64,000 nucleotides of DNA. Origin: Candidatus Eiseniibacteriota bacterium (GTDB taxonomy: Bacteria > Eisenbacteria > RBG-16-71-46). The notes under the pieces were generated by a model, which worked only from the letters and a program-made list of their open reading frames with translations, made no database searches and was not told the DNA's origin. The stretch lies in NCBI GenBank assembly GCA_963707915.1, contig OY970178.1:2112001-2176000 (forward strand), read 5' to 3'. Below are positions 18,520 to 28,437 of this stretch, piece after piece (positions within the stretch are counted from its first letter, which is position 1; the number at the start of each line of letters is the position of its first letter). A program made the translations under genes and the position numbers.

Positions 18520-19527
18520 TCAGTTCAGCTCCCGGGCCAGCCAGCGCAGGATGTTGAGGGCGAACTGCTGGTTGTCGTCCACGTCCGGCCGGTTGAGGCC
18601 GATCCTCAGGCGCTCCTTCTTCATCTGCCGGGCTTCCAGTCCGAGCACGAACTGGGCGCTGAAGATCGAAGCCTCCCCGATCACCACGACGCGGCCCTTG
18701 CCGAAGCCGAACGCCAGACCCTGGCAGCGATCGACCGCCGTCACCGCCCCGGAGGTCTGCACCACCGACGTGGTGTCGGCCTTCCGGCGCGCCTCCGGTG
18801 TGGCTTCGCGCCGCGAGTCGGGGCTCATCGGCAGGTCCGAGGCCGAGGGGCCGAGCACCAGGAGGCCGGTGCTCCCGCGCGGTCCCGCGAGCGACTGCCC
18901 GGTGAAGGTCACGACCCGCTCGATGCGCTCCGCCTTGTTCCGCCCGCGCATGATCGGGTGGTCGCCCAGCATGCCCAGGGAACGCGTGAACAGGATGCAG
19001 CCCATGTTCCCGGTCTCGGGGTCGACCTGGCGGGTGTCGATCGTTCGACCCTTGCCGAAGTCCACGCCGAAGCGGACGGCGAGGCTGTCCATGGCCGAGC
19101 CGAAGGGCGCATGGTCCGCGATGAGGAGCAGCGAGCCGCCTCGCTTCACCCAGTCACGCACCGCATCGCATTCCGGGGCCCGGAAGGCGGACGCCCGCGC
19201 GGAGGCCGCCAACGGCTCCGCCGAGCCGACCGCGTCGGCGACGACCAGCACCTGGCAGGAGTCGAGCAGCCGGGACGAGAACGCCGCGGTCCCCGGGACC
19301 ACGCGCAGGCCGTCCTGCACGAGCAGGCGGGCGAACACCCGGTACGGCCCCTTCATGGTGAACTGGTTCCGGTGGGCCTCGTCGATCATCACGACCGGGT
19401 GCCGGTCGGTGAAGGCGGGCGTCGCGACCTTCGGTACGAAGGTGCCGTCCTCCACCTGGCGCTGGCCGCTGGGAGGCGCCGCGCCGACCACGAGCAACAG
19501 CCAGGCGAACACGAGTATTCGTCTCAT
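18520..19527 (-). CDS. Secreted DUF4350 / class I glutamine-amidotransferase-like domain protein
   Basis: Signal peptide MRRILVFAWLLLVVGAA; MIDEAHRN, WVKRGGSLLLIADHAPFG, GKGRVVVIGE, DNQQFALNILRWL motifs. Confidence 0.7.
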   Translation of the reverse strand: MRRILVFAWLLLVVGAAPPSGQRQVEDGTFVPKVATPAFTDRHPVVMIDEAHRNQFTMKGPYRVFARLLVQDGLRVVPGTAAFSSRLLDSCQVLVVADAVGSAEPLAASARASAFRAPECDAVRDWVKRGGSLLLIADHAPFGSAMDSLAVRFGVDFGKGRTIDTRQVDPETGNMGCILFTRSLGMLGDHPIMRGRNKAERIERVVTFTGQSLAGPRGSTGLLVLGPSASDLPMSPDSRREATPEARRKADTTSVVQTSGAVTAVDRCQGLAFGFGKGRVVVIGEASIFSAQFVLGLEARQMKKERLRIGLNRPDVDDNQQFALNILRWLARELN

Positions 19528-19710
19528 GCGACGGGCCCCTCCCCGGCGGCGCGGGACGCGCCGACCGAACCCGGACAGTGTAGCCGGTCGGACCGGGCCG
19601 GGTGTGGAGGATCGGTCAAGCATGGTCCCGGCGGCGTCCGCCGCACCGCGGTCGCCGCTTGAGCCGGGCGGGGCGGGCCGACTATGCTTTCCGGTCCAGG
19701 AGCCCATCCC

Positions 19711-20709
19711 ATGCCCGCCTTCGGCACCCTCACAGACACGCAGGGCCGCGTGCTTCGCGACCTGCGCATCTCGGTCACCGACCGCTGCAACCTGCGCTGC
19801 GTCTATTGCATGCCCCGCGAGGGCGTCGCCTGGATGCCGCACACCGACGTGCTGCGCTACGAGGAGATCGTCCGCGTCGCCCGCGTGGCCCTCGGGCTCG
19901 GCGTGACGGGCATCCGGCTCACGGGCGGCGAGCCGACGGTGCGCGCCGGTCTCGAAGTGCTGGTGCGCGCGCTGCGCGACCTCGATCCGGCGCTCGACCT
20001 CTCGCTGACCACCAACGGGCTCAGGCTCGTGACGCTGGCCGGGGTCCTGCGCGAAGCCGGGCTCACGCGCGTCAACGTGAGCCTCGACACGCTGGACCGC
20101 GAGCGCTTCCGGCGGATCGCCCGGCGTGACCGCCTCGCCGAGGTGCTCGCCAGCCTCGAGGCCGCGAAGCGCGCGGGCTTCTTCCCCATCAAGGTCAACG
20201 CCGTGCTGATGCGGGGATTCAACGAAGACGAGGCCGTGCCGCTCGCGCGCTGGGCGCGGGAGCAGGGCTTCGAGCTGCGCTTCGTCGAGTGGATGCCGCT
20301 GGACTCGCAGCGCTCGTGGTCCACCGAACGGCTCGTCCCGGCGGCGGAGATCCTGGCGGCCCTCGCGCGCGAGTTCCCGCTCGATCCCCTGCCGGGCGCC
20401 GACCCGAGCGCCCCCGCCGAGCTCCATCGCTACCGCGACGGCGGCGGCACCGTCGGCGTCATCGGCTCGGTGACGCGACCGTTCTGCCAGCGCTGCGACC
20501 GCATCCGGCTCACCGCCGACGGGCAGATCCGGACCTGCCTGTTCGCGCACCAGGAGCACGACCTGCGCGGCGCCCTGCGGCGCGGCGCGAACGACGAGGA
20601 GATCGCCGCCCTGCTGAAGGCCGCAGCCTGGCGGAAGGAGCCCGGGCACCTCATCAACCAGCCCGCGTTCATGCAGCCCGCCCGCGGGATGAGCCGCATC
20701 GGCGGATAG
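19711..20709 (+). CDS. moaA: GTP 3',8-cyclase MoaA (molybdenum cofactor biosynthesis)
   Basis: LRISVTDRCNLRCVYCMP radical-SAM motif, LTGGEP, FCQRCDRIRLTADGQIRTCLF, C-terminal MSRIGG. Confidence 0.96.
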   Translation: MPAFGTLTDTQGRVLRDLRISVTDRCNLRCVYCMPREGVAWMPHTDVLRYEEIVRVARVALGLGVTGIRLTGGEPTVRAGLEVLVRALRDLDPALDLSLTTNGLRLVTLAGVLREAGLTRVNVSLDTLDRERFRRIARRDRLAEVLASLEAAKRAGFFPIKVNAVLMRGFNEDEAVPLARWAREQGFELRFVEWMPLDSQRSWSTERLVPAAEILAALAREFPLDPLPGADPSAPAELHRYRDGGGTVGVIGSVTRPFCQRCDRIRLTADGQIRTCLFAHQEHDLRGALRRGANDEEIAALLKAAAWRKEPGHLINQPAFMQPARGMSRIGG

Positions 20710-20761
20710 GGGGCCCCGGGCCCGGGCGGAGGGCGTGGTGCCGCTGCTCGTCGGATAGACG

Positions 20762-20891
20762 GGGGGCGCGGGGATGGACCAGGGCCGAGCGCATGGTGCC
20801 TCTGCTCGGCCCTGGTCCATCCCCGCGCCCCCGCGGCGTCCGCCGCTCCATCCCCGCGCCCCCCGCGGCGTCCGCCGCTCCATCCCCGCGC
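20762..20891. repeat. Perfect 29-bp inverted repeat followed by a 31/32-nt tandem repeat, between convergent moaA and murB
   Basis: Arms 20762-20790 and 20804-20832 are exact reverse complements. Unit TCCATCCCCGCGCCCCC(C)GCGGCGTCCGCCGC starts at 20816 and 20847, with a partial copy at 20879. Confidence 0.85.
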
Positions 20892-20894
20892 GCG

Positions 20895-21881
20895 CTACCG
20901 GCCCTCGGAACCCGGCGGCCGCTCGCCGAGGAACATGACCTCCTCCTCGAGCGTGACGCCGAAGCGCTCGCGCACCCGCGACTTCATCTCCTCCGCCAGC
21001 GCCAGCACGTCCGCCGCGCTCGCCCCGCCTGCGTTCACGATGATGTTCGCGTGCTTCGCGAAGACCACCGCGTCCCCCACCCGCAGGCCGCGGCAACCGC
21101 ACTCCTCGAGCAGTTGCCCCGCGGCCACGCGGCGGGTGCCGGGCGAGTGCTGCGCCCCCGGCCGCTGCCACTCGGGCGGCAGGTTCTTGAAGTACGATCC
21201 CGCGGTGGGCTCGAAATGCCAGTCCGGGTGCTTCACCCGGCGGATCTCCAGCTTCTCGTCGATCTCCCGCTGGATGGCAACGCGCTCGCCCGGGGCGAGC
21301 TGCAGCCGGCACGAGAGCAGCACGCGCGGGTCGCGCTTGAGGCGCGAGTCCCGGTAGCCGAACCCGTACCACTCCGCCGGCCGCGTCTCGACCGTGGCGC
21401 CGTCGGGAGTGGCGTGCGTGCAGTCGATGACGCGGGAACCGAGGTCCTGTCCGTAGCAGCCGGCGTTGCCGTACAACGCGCCGCCGATCGTGCCCGGGAT
21501 GCCCGCGGCGAACTCGAGCCCCGCGAGCGAGCGGTCGCGGCAGCGCTCGATGAAACCGAGGAAGTCCGCGCCGCACCCGACGCGGGCCATCGTTCCTTCG
21601 AACTCGACCTCGTCGCAGGCGTTCCGCACGACCAGCCCGCGCACGCCCGCGTCCGACACCAGCAGGTTGCTGCCGCCGCCGAGCACGAAGACCGGCAGGC
21701 CCAGCTCGTGGCCGACCTGCAGGGCCGTCACCAGCCGTTCGGGGCTGCGCGCGGCGTAGAAGAAGTCGGCGGGACCGCCGATGCGCAGCGTGGTGTGGAG
21801 CCGCAGCGGCTCGGCCGTCCGCAGCCCTTCGCCGAGCGCGTGCCGCAGGCGCGCTTCGAGGTTCGGGGCGGGATCGGTCAT
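20895..21881 (-). CDS. murB: UDP-N-acetylmuramate dehydrogenase MurB
   Basis: HTTLRIGGPA, LGGGSNLLVSD, GIPGTIGGA, FGYRDS, AGSYFKN, KHANIIVN, LEEEV motifs. Confidence 0.95.
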   Translation of the reverse strand: MTDPAPNLEARLRHALGEGLRTAEPLRLHTTLRIGGPADFFYAARSPERLVTALQVGHELGLPVFVLGGGSNLLVSDAGVRGLVVRNACDEVEFEGTMARVGCGADFLGFIERCRDRSLAGLEFAAGIPGTIGGALYGNAGCYGQDLGSRVIDCTHATPDGATVETRPAEWYGFGYRDSRLKRDPRVLLSCRLQLAPGERVAIQREIDEKLEIRRVKHPDWHFEPTAGSYFKNLPPEWQRPGAQHSPGTRRVAAGQLLEECGCRGLRVGDAVVFAKHANIIVNAGGASAADVLALAEEMKSRVRERFGVTLEEEVMFLGERPPGSEGR

Positions 21882-22092
21882 GCCTGGGTCTCCGGGGCCG
21901 GGCCGCGGGAGCCGTCGCCCCGGAGCGGCCGATGCAAGGGCTGCATCTTAGCCCGTCGCGCGAAGGCACGGAAACGGGATGGGCCCGACGGCATCCAAAG
22001 GCCTGCGCGGCACCGCCGCGAACGCTGGCCAGCGCCGGGGAACGGGCCTATGGTGGCGATCGGAGTCCGTCCAACCAACCGAGGAGGCCGAT

Positions 22093-22320
22093 ATGAGCAG
22101 GCTGACGATCACCTATTGCGGCCAGTGAGGGTATCTTCCCAGGGCTGCCGGTCTGGCAGCCGAGATCCGTAACGGGCGGGGCATCGAGGCGGAACTGGTG
22201 AAGGGCGCCGGTGGCATCTTCGAGGTCGTCCTCGACGGGAAGACCATCTACTCGAAGCACGAGACCGGGCGATTCCCCGAGCCGGGCGAGGTGCTGGACC
22301 TGATCCCCGCCGCACGCTGA
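22093..22320 (+). CDS. SelT/SelW/SelH (Rdx) family selenoprotein; UGA at 22126-22128 read as Sec
   Basis: GAGGAGG RBS, then MSRLTITYCGQ-U-GYLPRAAGLAAEIRNGRGIEAELVKGAGGIFEVVLDGKTIYSKHETGRFPEPGEVLDLIPAAR (75 aa). Has CxxU plus the GxFEV and GRFP Rdx motifs, and a SECIS-like hairpin downstream of the UGA. Confidence 0.9.
22143..22161 (+). promoter_or_regulatory. Bacterial SECIS-like stem-loop
   Basis: GGCTGCC-GGTCT-GGCAGCC, a perfect 7-bp stem with a G-containing loop, starting 14 nt after the in-frame UGA. Confidence 0.75.
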
Positions 22321-22339
22321 CCCGGCGCCGGTGCCGGAC

Positions 22340-22372
22340 GCGGGCCCGCCCCCTCACGGGAGGCGGGCCCGC
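22340..22372. terminator. Hairpin between the convergent selenoprotein and porin genes
   Basis: GCGGGCCCGCC ... GGCGGGCCCGC, 11-bp perfect stem. Confidence 0.5.
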
Positions 22373-22381
22373 TCGCTTCGC

Positions 22382-23026
22382 TCAGAAGGTCAGGCCCGCC
22401 GTGATCGAGAACAGGTGGTTGATGGATTCGAGGTTGCCGGCGACGTCGTAGATGTCGGCGAAGCCGGTCGTGTAGCGGAACTCGGTGAGGATCCGCCGCC
22501 CGCCGACCTGGATACCGGCCCCGGCGCCCAGCGCGAAGCCCAGGTCCACGGTCTTCAGTTGCGTGAGGTCCTGCGTCTGCCCGCCCGACGCGTCGGTCCG
22601 GACCTCGCCCCCGAGGCTGAACCCGACGGTCGGCCCCAGGTAGTACATGGGCTGGACCACCTCGGTCCGAAGCAGGGTGCCGCGCAGCAACACCGGGATC
22701 TCGAGGTAGTTGACGATCACGAAGCTGTCGTGCGTCCCGCCCACGTTCCCCTCGGTGTCCACGTTCTGAACGGTCGTCTTCATCCCCTTCATGCTGTAGA
22801 GCCCCTCGACCTGGATCGCGAGGTCGGGGGCGAAGCCGAAGGCGACGAACGCTCCGACCACGAGTCCGGCCTTCGTGCTCGTGTTCTGGACGTCGGCGGC
22901 CTGGCCGTGGAAATTGGAGAGGTTCAAGCCGGCCTTCACTCCCTTCTCGATGCCCAGCGCTGCGGCCGGCACCGGGACGAGGAGGACGAGGGCGAGGAAC
23001 GCGGCGGCGATACGGCGATGCGGCAT
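22382..23026 (-). CDS. Outer-membrane beta-barrel (PorT/OmpA-like porin family) protein
   Basis: Signal peptide, GVKAGLNLSN, EGLYSMKG, NYLEIPVLL, alternating beta-strand pattern, terminal Phe. Confidence 0.8.
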   Translation of the reverse strand: MPHRRIAAAFLALVLLVPVPAAALGIEKGVKAGLNLSNFHGQAADVQNTSTKAGLVVGAFVAFGFAPDLAIQVEGLYSMKGMKTTVQNVDTEGNVGGTHDSFVIVNYLEIPVLLRGTLLRTEVVQPMYYLGPTVGFSLGGEVRTDASGGQTQDLTQLKTVDLGFALGAGAGIQVGGRRILTEFRYTTGFADIYDVAGNLESINHLFSITAGLTF

Positions 23027-23073
23027 GGTGGCCTCCGGGTCGGGGCAACGGGTCGGGATTCGTCGGGGGGAAT

Positions 23074-23688
23074 CTAGCCCGAACCCGGGGCGCGTTCCAC
23101 CTTCGGGCGGGGCAACCGCAGCAGCGCCCCCAACCCCGCGTACTGCTCGCCGCCGAGCCGGGCGAGGGGCGCGAGCCTGGTCACGTCGACGCGACCCCCG
23201 GCGAGCACGTCGTCCCTCACGTGGGCGCACAGGATCTCCCCCACGACGAAGCAGGACTCGCCGAGCTCGATCTCGCGGTCGAGCCGGCACTCCAGGCTCA
23301 CGGGCGACTCGGCCACGCGCGGCGGGCGCACGCGGTCGCAGGGCAGGGCGCCGAGCCCGGTGAGCGCCAGCTCGTCCACGTCCGCCGGCCAGTCGCCCGA
23401 GGCCTGCACGACCTGCGCGGCCATCGCCTCGGTCACCACGTTCACCACGAACTCGCGGGTCTCGCGCAGGTTGCGCAGCGTGTCCTTGGGCCCGCCGGCG
23501 CGCGGGCTGATCGAGACCCCCACGAGCGGCGGGCGGGTGGCCAGCCCGCAGAACCACGAGAAGGGCGCCGCGTTCACGCGTCCGGCCGAGTCCACCGTGG
23601 TGACGAACGCGATCGGCCGCGGCACGATGACGCTGTTCATGAAGTGCGCGAAGTGCACGCCGGAGACCGCGGCCGGGTCGATGATCAT
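23074..23688 (-). CDS. Flavin reductase family protein
   Basis: VPRPIAFVTT, NAAPFSWF, KDTLRNL, EFVVNVV, ESPVSLEC, LARLGG motifs. Confidence 0.88.
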   Translation of the reverse strand: MIIDPAAVSGVHFAHFMNSVIVPRPIAFVTTVDSAGRVNAAPFSWFCGLATRPPLVGVSISPRAGGPKDTLRNLRETREFVVNVVTEAMAAQVVQASGDWPADVDELALTGLGALPCDRVRPPRVAESPVSLECRLDREIELGESCFVVGEILCAHVRDDVLAGGRVDVTRLAPLARLGGEQYAGLGALLRLPRPKVERAPGSG

Positions 23689-23990
23689 GACTTGGAGCAG
23701 CCCCGGGGCCGCGCGACCGCGACGAGCAGGTTCCTGAGGACGTTCATGGCATCGCTCCGCGATGGTCAGGGTGCGGGGGCCGACGGGCCGCCCGGTCCGC
23801 GGGAGGCTCCCCGCCCGGGCGGCGGCCCTCGCCGCCGACCCGGGGCGCGTCCTCTCCCGCCCGGACCATAGCACTCCGGCCGGCGCCGGTCAGCGGCCGC
23901 GTGGCGGGCGGCGCCCGACCGGCGCGGCCCTCCCATCGGCGCGTCCCTCCCGCTTCCCTCCCGGCCCTCCGCCCCGTATCCTCCGCGGCC

Positions 23991-24902
23991 ATGACGGTGC
24001 TGCGGGTCGAGGACGCAACGAAGGCCTTCGGGTCGACGCACGCGCTCGGCGGCGTATCCCTCGAGCTCGGCGAGGGGGAACTGCTCGGTCTGCTCGGCCC
24101 CAACGGCGCGGGCAAGACCACGCTGGTGCGGGCGCTGGCCGGGCGCGTGCGGCTGGACGGGGGCACGATCGAGCTGTTCGGCCGCCGGATGTCGGCGACC
24201 GACACCCGCGACGGCCTCGGCGTCGTGCCGCAGGAGATCGCGCTCTATCCGCTGCTCACCGCGCGAGAGAACCTCGAGGCCTTCGGCAGCTTCAACGGGC
24301 TGCGCGGTGCCGCGCTGCGCGACCGCGTGGCGTGGGCGCTCGACTGGACCGGTCTCGCCGAGCGGGCGCACGAGCCGGTCCGGCGCTTCTCGGGGGGCAT
24401 GCGGCGCCGGCTCAACATCGCCTGCGGCGTGCTCCACGAGCCGCGAGTCATCCTGCTCGACGAGCCCACCGTCGGCGTGGACCCGCAGAGCCGGGAGCGC
24501 ATCTACGACATGCTCGACCGCCTCCGCGCGACCGGCGTCTCGATGCTCCTCACCACGCACCAGCTGGACGAGGCCGAGGCCCGCTGCGAGCGCATCGTCA
24601 TCGTGGACCGTGGCCGCGTCATCGCCGCCGGCACGCTGGGCGACCTGGTGCGCGACACGGTCGGCGGCGGGCGCACCGTGACGTTGAAGCTCGACCGGGC
24701 CCCTGCCGCCCCGCTCGAGGGCCTGGCCGCCGAGGGCGACGGCACGGTCTGGCGCGGCGCCGTGCGCGACGTGGACGCGGACCTCGCCGCGGTGCTGGCC
24801 CGGGTGGCCGCCGCGGGACGCAGCGTCGTGGACCTCGAGGTCCGTCGCCCCAGCCTGCAGTCGGTCTTCCTCCACCTGACCGGACGGGAGCTGCGCGAAT
24901 GA
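23991..24902 (+). CDS. ABC transporter ATP-binding protein (ABC-2 type exporter)
   Basis: Walker [10 protein letters not shown], signature FSGGMRRR, Walker B ILLDEPT. Confidence 0.93.
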   Translation: MTVLRVEDATKAFGSTHALGGVSLELGEGELLGLLGPNGAGKTTLVRALAGRVRLDGGTIELFGRRMSATDTRDGLGVVPQEIALYPLLTARENLEAFGSFNGLRGAALRDRVAWALDWTGLAERAHEPVRRFSGGMRRRLNIACGVLHEPRVILLDEPTVGVDPQSRERIYDMLDRLRATGVSMLLTTHQLDEAEARCERIVIVDRGRVIAAGTLGDLVRDTVGGGRTVTLKLDRAPAAPLEGLAAEGDGTVWRGAVRDVDADLAAVLARVAAAGRSVVDLEVRRPSLQSVFLHLTGRELRE

Positions 24903-26218
24903 TCCGCACGCTGTTGCGCATCCACTGGACCAACCTGCGACGCGACCGCGTGGCGCAATTGCTGACCTTCGCCGTCCCGATGGCGTTCTTCACGATGTTC
25001 GCGATGATCTTCGGTGGGCGCGGCAACGACGTCACCGGGCGCGTGCACCTCGCGGTCGTGGACGAGAGCCACACCGCCACGAGCCAACGGCTGGTGCGGG
25101 CGCTCCAGGCCGAGAAGAGCCTCGTCGTGCTGACCCGCGCGCGTCGCGACGGCGGCTCGCGCGACACCACCCGGACCCTCCTCGACCGCGCCCGTGCCGA
25201 GCGCCTGGTGCGCGACGGACACGTCCCCGTCGCGCTGGTGCTGCCCGCGGGGCTCGACACCTCGCTCGCGCGCTTCGACGGGCGCGGCGTGCCGCTCCAG
25301 TTGCTCTCCGACCCCTCCGATCCCATCGCCCCGCAGGTGGTCGGCGGGATGCTGCAGAAGATCGTGATGACCGCCATGCCGGACGTGTTCATGCAGGGCG
25401 GCATCGGCGAGTTCGAGCGCTACGCGGGCGGGCTCACACCACGCCAGCAGCAGGCGGTGGACCAGTGGCTGCCGCGGTTGCGCGGCGCGGCGGGGGGCGA
25501 TTCCACCGCCGGCCCGGCCTCCCGCACCGCGGCCGGCGGCGATTCCGCCGCCGGCGCGGCGATGTCCGGCCTGGTGCGGGTCGAGGTCGTGCCGGTGCTG
25601 GGCCGCAAGCAGGACAACAGCATCATCTCCTTCTACGCCGCCGCGATCGCCGTGATGTTCCTGCTGTTCGCCGCCAGCGCGGTGGCGGGCACACTGCTCG
25701 ACGAAGTGGACTCGGGCACGCTCGAGCGCGTGCTCTCGAGCCGCCTGGGCATGACCGGGCTGATGACCGGCAAGTGGATCTACATCACGCTGCTCGGCAT
25801 GCTGCAGATCACCGTGATGTTCGTCTACGGAATGGTCGTCTTCCGGCTCGACCTGCTCCATCACTTGCCGGGCTTCGCGGTGATGACCTTCTTCACCGCC
25901 GCCACGACCGCCGCGTTCGGGCTTCTCCTTGCCTCGCTCTGCCGCACGCGGGCGCAGCTCGCCGGCATCTCGACGCTCGTCATCCTCGTCATGTCGGCAC
26001 TGGGCGGCAGCATGTTCCCCCGCTTTCTCATGACGCCGGGGATGCAGAAGGCCGGGCTCCTGACCTTCAACGCATGGGCGCTCGACGGCTACGTGAAGGT
26101 CTTCTGGCGCGAGGCCCCGCTCACCGCGTTGCTGCCGCAGGTCGGGATGCTGGCCGCCTTCATGGTCGTCTTCCTGGCGGTGGCGCGGCTCCTCGCGCGC
26201 CGCTGGGAGCGGGTGTAG
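24899..26218 (+). CDS. ABC-2 type transporter permease
   Basis: N-terminal TM helix, large extracytoplasmic loop, GTLERVL motif, C-terminal TM bundle; ATGA overlap with the ATPase gene. Confidence 0.88.
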   Translation: MIRTLLRIHWTNLRRDRVAQLLTFAVPMAFFTMFAMIFGGRGNDVTGRVHLAVVDESHTATSQRLVRALQAEKSLVVLTRARRDGGSRDTTRTLLDRARAERLVRDGHVPVALVLPAGLDTSLARFDGRGVPLQLLSDPSDPIAPQVVGGMLQKIVMTAMPDVFMQGGIGEFERYAGGLTPRQQQAVDQWLPRLRGAAGGDSTAGPASRTAAGGDSAAGAAMSGLVRVEVVPVLGRKQDNSIISFYAAAIAVMFLLFAASAVAGTLLDEVDSGTLERVLSSRLGMTGLMTGKWIYITLLGMLQITVMFVYGMVVFRLDLLHHLPGFAVMTFFTAATTAAFGLLLASLCRTRAQLAGISTLVILVMSALGGSMFPRFLMTPGMQKAGLLTFNAWALDGYVKVFWREAPLTALLPQVGMLAAFMVVFLAVARLLARRWERV

Positions 26219-26225
26219 CCGCCGC

Positions 26226-26690
26226 TCAGCGCCCCGCTTCCAGCTCCCCCACCGCCCGCAGGGCGCGCTCGCACAGCTCGGGCAGGGCGTCGCGCACCGC
26301 CGGGGTCATGGCGCCGCCGACGGTGTACGGGTCCAGCACCTCGACCGCGATGATCCGCAGCTGCCGCGGAAAGTGCAGCCCGAGGCGCTCGGCCAGGTCC
26401 AGCATCTCGGGGAAGCCGGCGAAGTGCGGCGTGGGGTTCTGGACGCGCGCCAGCGAGGCCGCGGCGATCTCGTGGACCGCGCCCGGCGCGTGGGCACCCG
26501 TGCAGGCGGCGTCGAGCACCACCGCGGCGTCGTAGCCCGCCAGCACGTCGAGCAGCGCCAGGCCGTGCAGCGCGGTGGCCTCGACGTCGGCGCGGCCCGC
26601 CAGGCGCGGCGCCAGCTCCGCCACGGCCAGGTGGCCGATGGCGTCGTCCGCCAGCAGGTCGTTGCCCAGCCCCAGCACGATGATCCTCAT
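26226..26690 (-). CDS. Hydrogenase maturation protease
   Basis: LGLGNDLLADDAIG, VVLDA, PH motif; directly downstream of the [NiFe] large subunit gene. Confidence 0.9.
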   Translation of the reverse strand: MRIIVLGLGNDLLADDAIGHLAVAELAPRLAGRADVEATALHGLALLDVLAGYDAAVVLDAACTGAHAPGAVHEIAAASLARVQNPTPHFAGFPEMLDLAERLGLHFPRQLRIIAVEVLDPYTVGGAMTPAVRDALPELCERALRAVGELEAGR

Positions 26691-26856
26691 GACGGCCGCG
26701 TCCCGCTCATGCGCCTGCCTCCCACGAACGCGGGAGCCGCCGCCGGCGCGGACGCTCCGGCGACGGCCCCCGGCTCAACGGCCGGTCGCCGCGCGGGGTG
26801 CGGCCCCGGACCTGCGAAGATCCGCAGGAGCCCCGCAACGGCGCCGGCCTGCCCGG

Positions 26857-28377
26857 CTATCTCACCTTCGGGTCGCGGCGGATCTCCTGCACCAGCCCAC
26901 GATCCGGACCGTAGAGCCGCGCGATCAGCGGCATCTCCCCCGGCAGCGCGTGCGTGGCACAGCCGAAGCACGGGTCATAGGCGCGGAACGCCATCTCGAC
27001 CATGTTCAGCAACCCGTCGTTGACCTTGCCCTTCGAGATCAGCCCCTTGGCGGCCTTGTCCACGCTCATCGCGATGCGGGCCGCGTTGTTCTGGGTCGCG
27101 ACGATGAGGTTCGCCATCTTGATGATGCCGTTCTCGTCGGTCTCGTAGTGGTGGAACAGCGTGCCGCGCGGGGCCTCGACCGCGCCGATCCCGACCGAGG
27201 GCTTCTTGGTCGGGAGGTTGCGGATGTCCGGGCTCACGATGTCCGGGTCGTTCAGCAGCTCGACCATGCTCTCGGCGGCCTGGAGCAGTTCGACGCAGCG
27301 CGCCCAGTGGTTGGCCAGCGTGTGATGCACCGGCTTCCCGCCGAGCGTGGCGTAGAGCTCTTCGTAGGCCTTCTGCGCCAGCGGCGTGGCCATGCCGTCC
27401 GAAGCGTTCAGCCGCGCCATCGGGGCCACCGCGAACAGGCTGGTGCCCGGCCCATCCACGAAGCCCTTCCAGCCCAGCGGCTTGAGGAACGGGAACTTGA
27501 TGTAGCTCCACTCCTCGACGTGCTCGTCGATGTAGTCGCGGTACTTCTGGGCCGGGAACTTGGCGTACTCCTTGCCGGCCGGGTCCACGACGCGGAGCAG
27601 GCCGTCGTAGAAGTTCACCTTGTTGTTCGCGTCCACCATGCCCATGTAGTGGGTCTTGTGGGTGTAGGCGTCGGACGTGATCAGCTTCACGTACTCCGGG
27701 TTCCCCAGGACGATCTTCTTGAAGACCTCGAGCGTGAATTCGCCGAACCCGACCGCCTCCTGCGCCAGCTCCTTGAACCGCGGCAGGTCGGAGGGCGCCA
27801 GGCCCTTGGCGACGCCGCCGGGCAGGCCGAGCACGGGGTGGATCACCTTGCCGCCGAAGTACGCGATCATCTCGCGCACGCGCCGGCGCATGCTGATGAC
27901 CTGCTTGCCGACGTCGAGCCCGACCGCTTCGATCACGCCCACGACATTGCGCTTCGCGGCGGGCGCGTCCGGCCCGACGATGAAGTCGGGGCCGCCCAGG
28001 ATGTAGACGTGCAGCGCGTGGTCCTCGAACGTGAAGGCGTTGTAGACCAGCTCGCGGATCTTCCTCCCCGCGGGCGGCGGCTCGACCTGGTAGAGGTCGT
28101 CGAGCGCCTTGGTGGCCGCCATGTGGTGCGCGGTCGGGCACACCCCGCAGATGCGGCTGGTGATCTGCGGCATGTCCTCCGCGGGCCGGCCGATGCTGAA
28201 CACCTCGAATCCCCGCAGCTCGGGGATCTGCAGGTAGGCGTGCTCGACGTCGCCCTGCTTGTCCAGGAAGATGTCGATCTTCCCGTGCCCCTCGAGGCGC
28301 GAGATCGGGTCGATGGTGATGCGTCTTCCGGCGGCCCCGGCGTCGCCCTTCGGTACGGTTCCAGTGACTGGGTTCAT
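26857..28377 (-). CDS. mvhA: [NiFe]-hydrogenase large subunit, MvhA/group 3c type
   Basis: PISRLEGHG, L1 RICGVCP, EAPRGTL, L2 RAYDPCFGCATH followed by a cleavable C-terminal extension; mvhD/G and hdrABC in the same operon. Confidence 0.9.
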   Translation of the reverse strand: MNPVTGTVPKGDAGAAGRRITIDPISRLEGHGKIDIFLDKQGDVEHAYLQIPELRGFEVFSIGRPAEDMPQITSRICGVCPTAHHMAATKALDDLYQVEPPPAGRKIRELVYNAFTFEDHALHVYILGGPDFIVGPDAPAAKRNVVGVIEAVGLDVGKQVISMRRRVREMIAYFGGKVIHPVLGLPGGVAKGLAPSDLPRFKELAQEAVGFGEFTLEVFKKIVLGNPEYVKLITSDAYTHKTHYMGMVDANNKVNFYDGLLRVVDPAGKEYAKFPAQKYRDYIDEHVEEWSYIKFPFLKPLGWKGFVDGPGTSLFAVAPMARLNASDGMATPLAQKAYEELYATLGGKPVHHTLANHWARCVELLQAAESMVELLNDPDIVSPDIRNLPTKKPSVGIGAVEAPRGTLFHHYETDENGIIKMANLIVATQNNAARIAMSVDKAAKGLISKGKVNDGLLNMVEMAFRAYDPCFGCATHALPGEMPLIARLYGPDRGLVQEIRRDPKVR

Positions 28378-28437
28378 TGGCTTGCCTTCCCCGGTTTCAA
28401 CCGATCCGCCGTCGGCTTCCTGTGATCTCGCGATGGT

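Noticed and set aside
20816..20891. 31/32-nt repeats as a possible CRISPR array
   Set aside because: The units are head-to-tail with no unique spacers, there are only about 2.4 copies, and no cas genes are present.
26687..26710. Tiny ORF MSGTRPS with a GGAGG RBS overlapping the maturation protease start (possible leader peptide)
   Set aside because: Adding one G to the GGG run fuses it in frame as MSGDAAVMRII, so it is more likely the true N-terminus with a homopolymer error. This cannot be resolved without reads.
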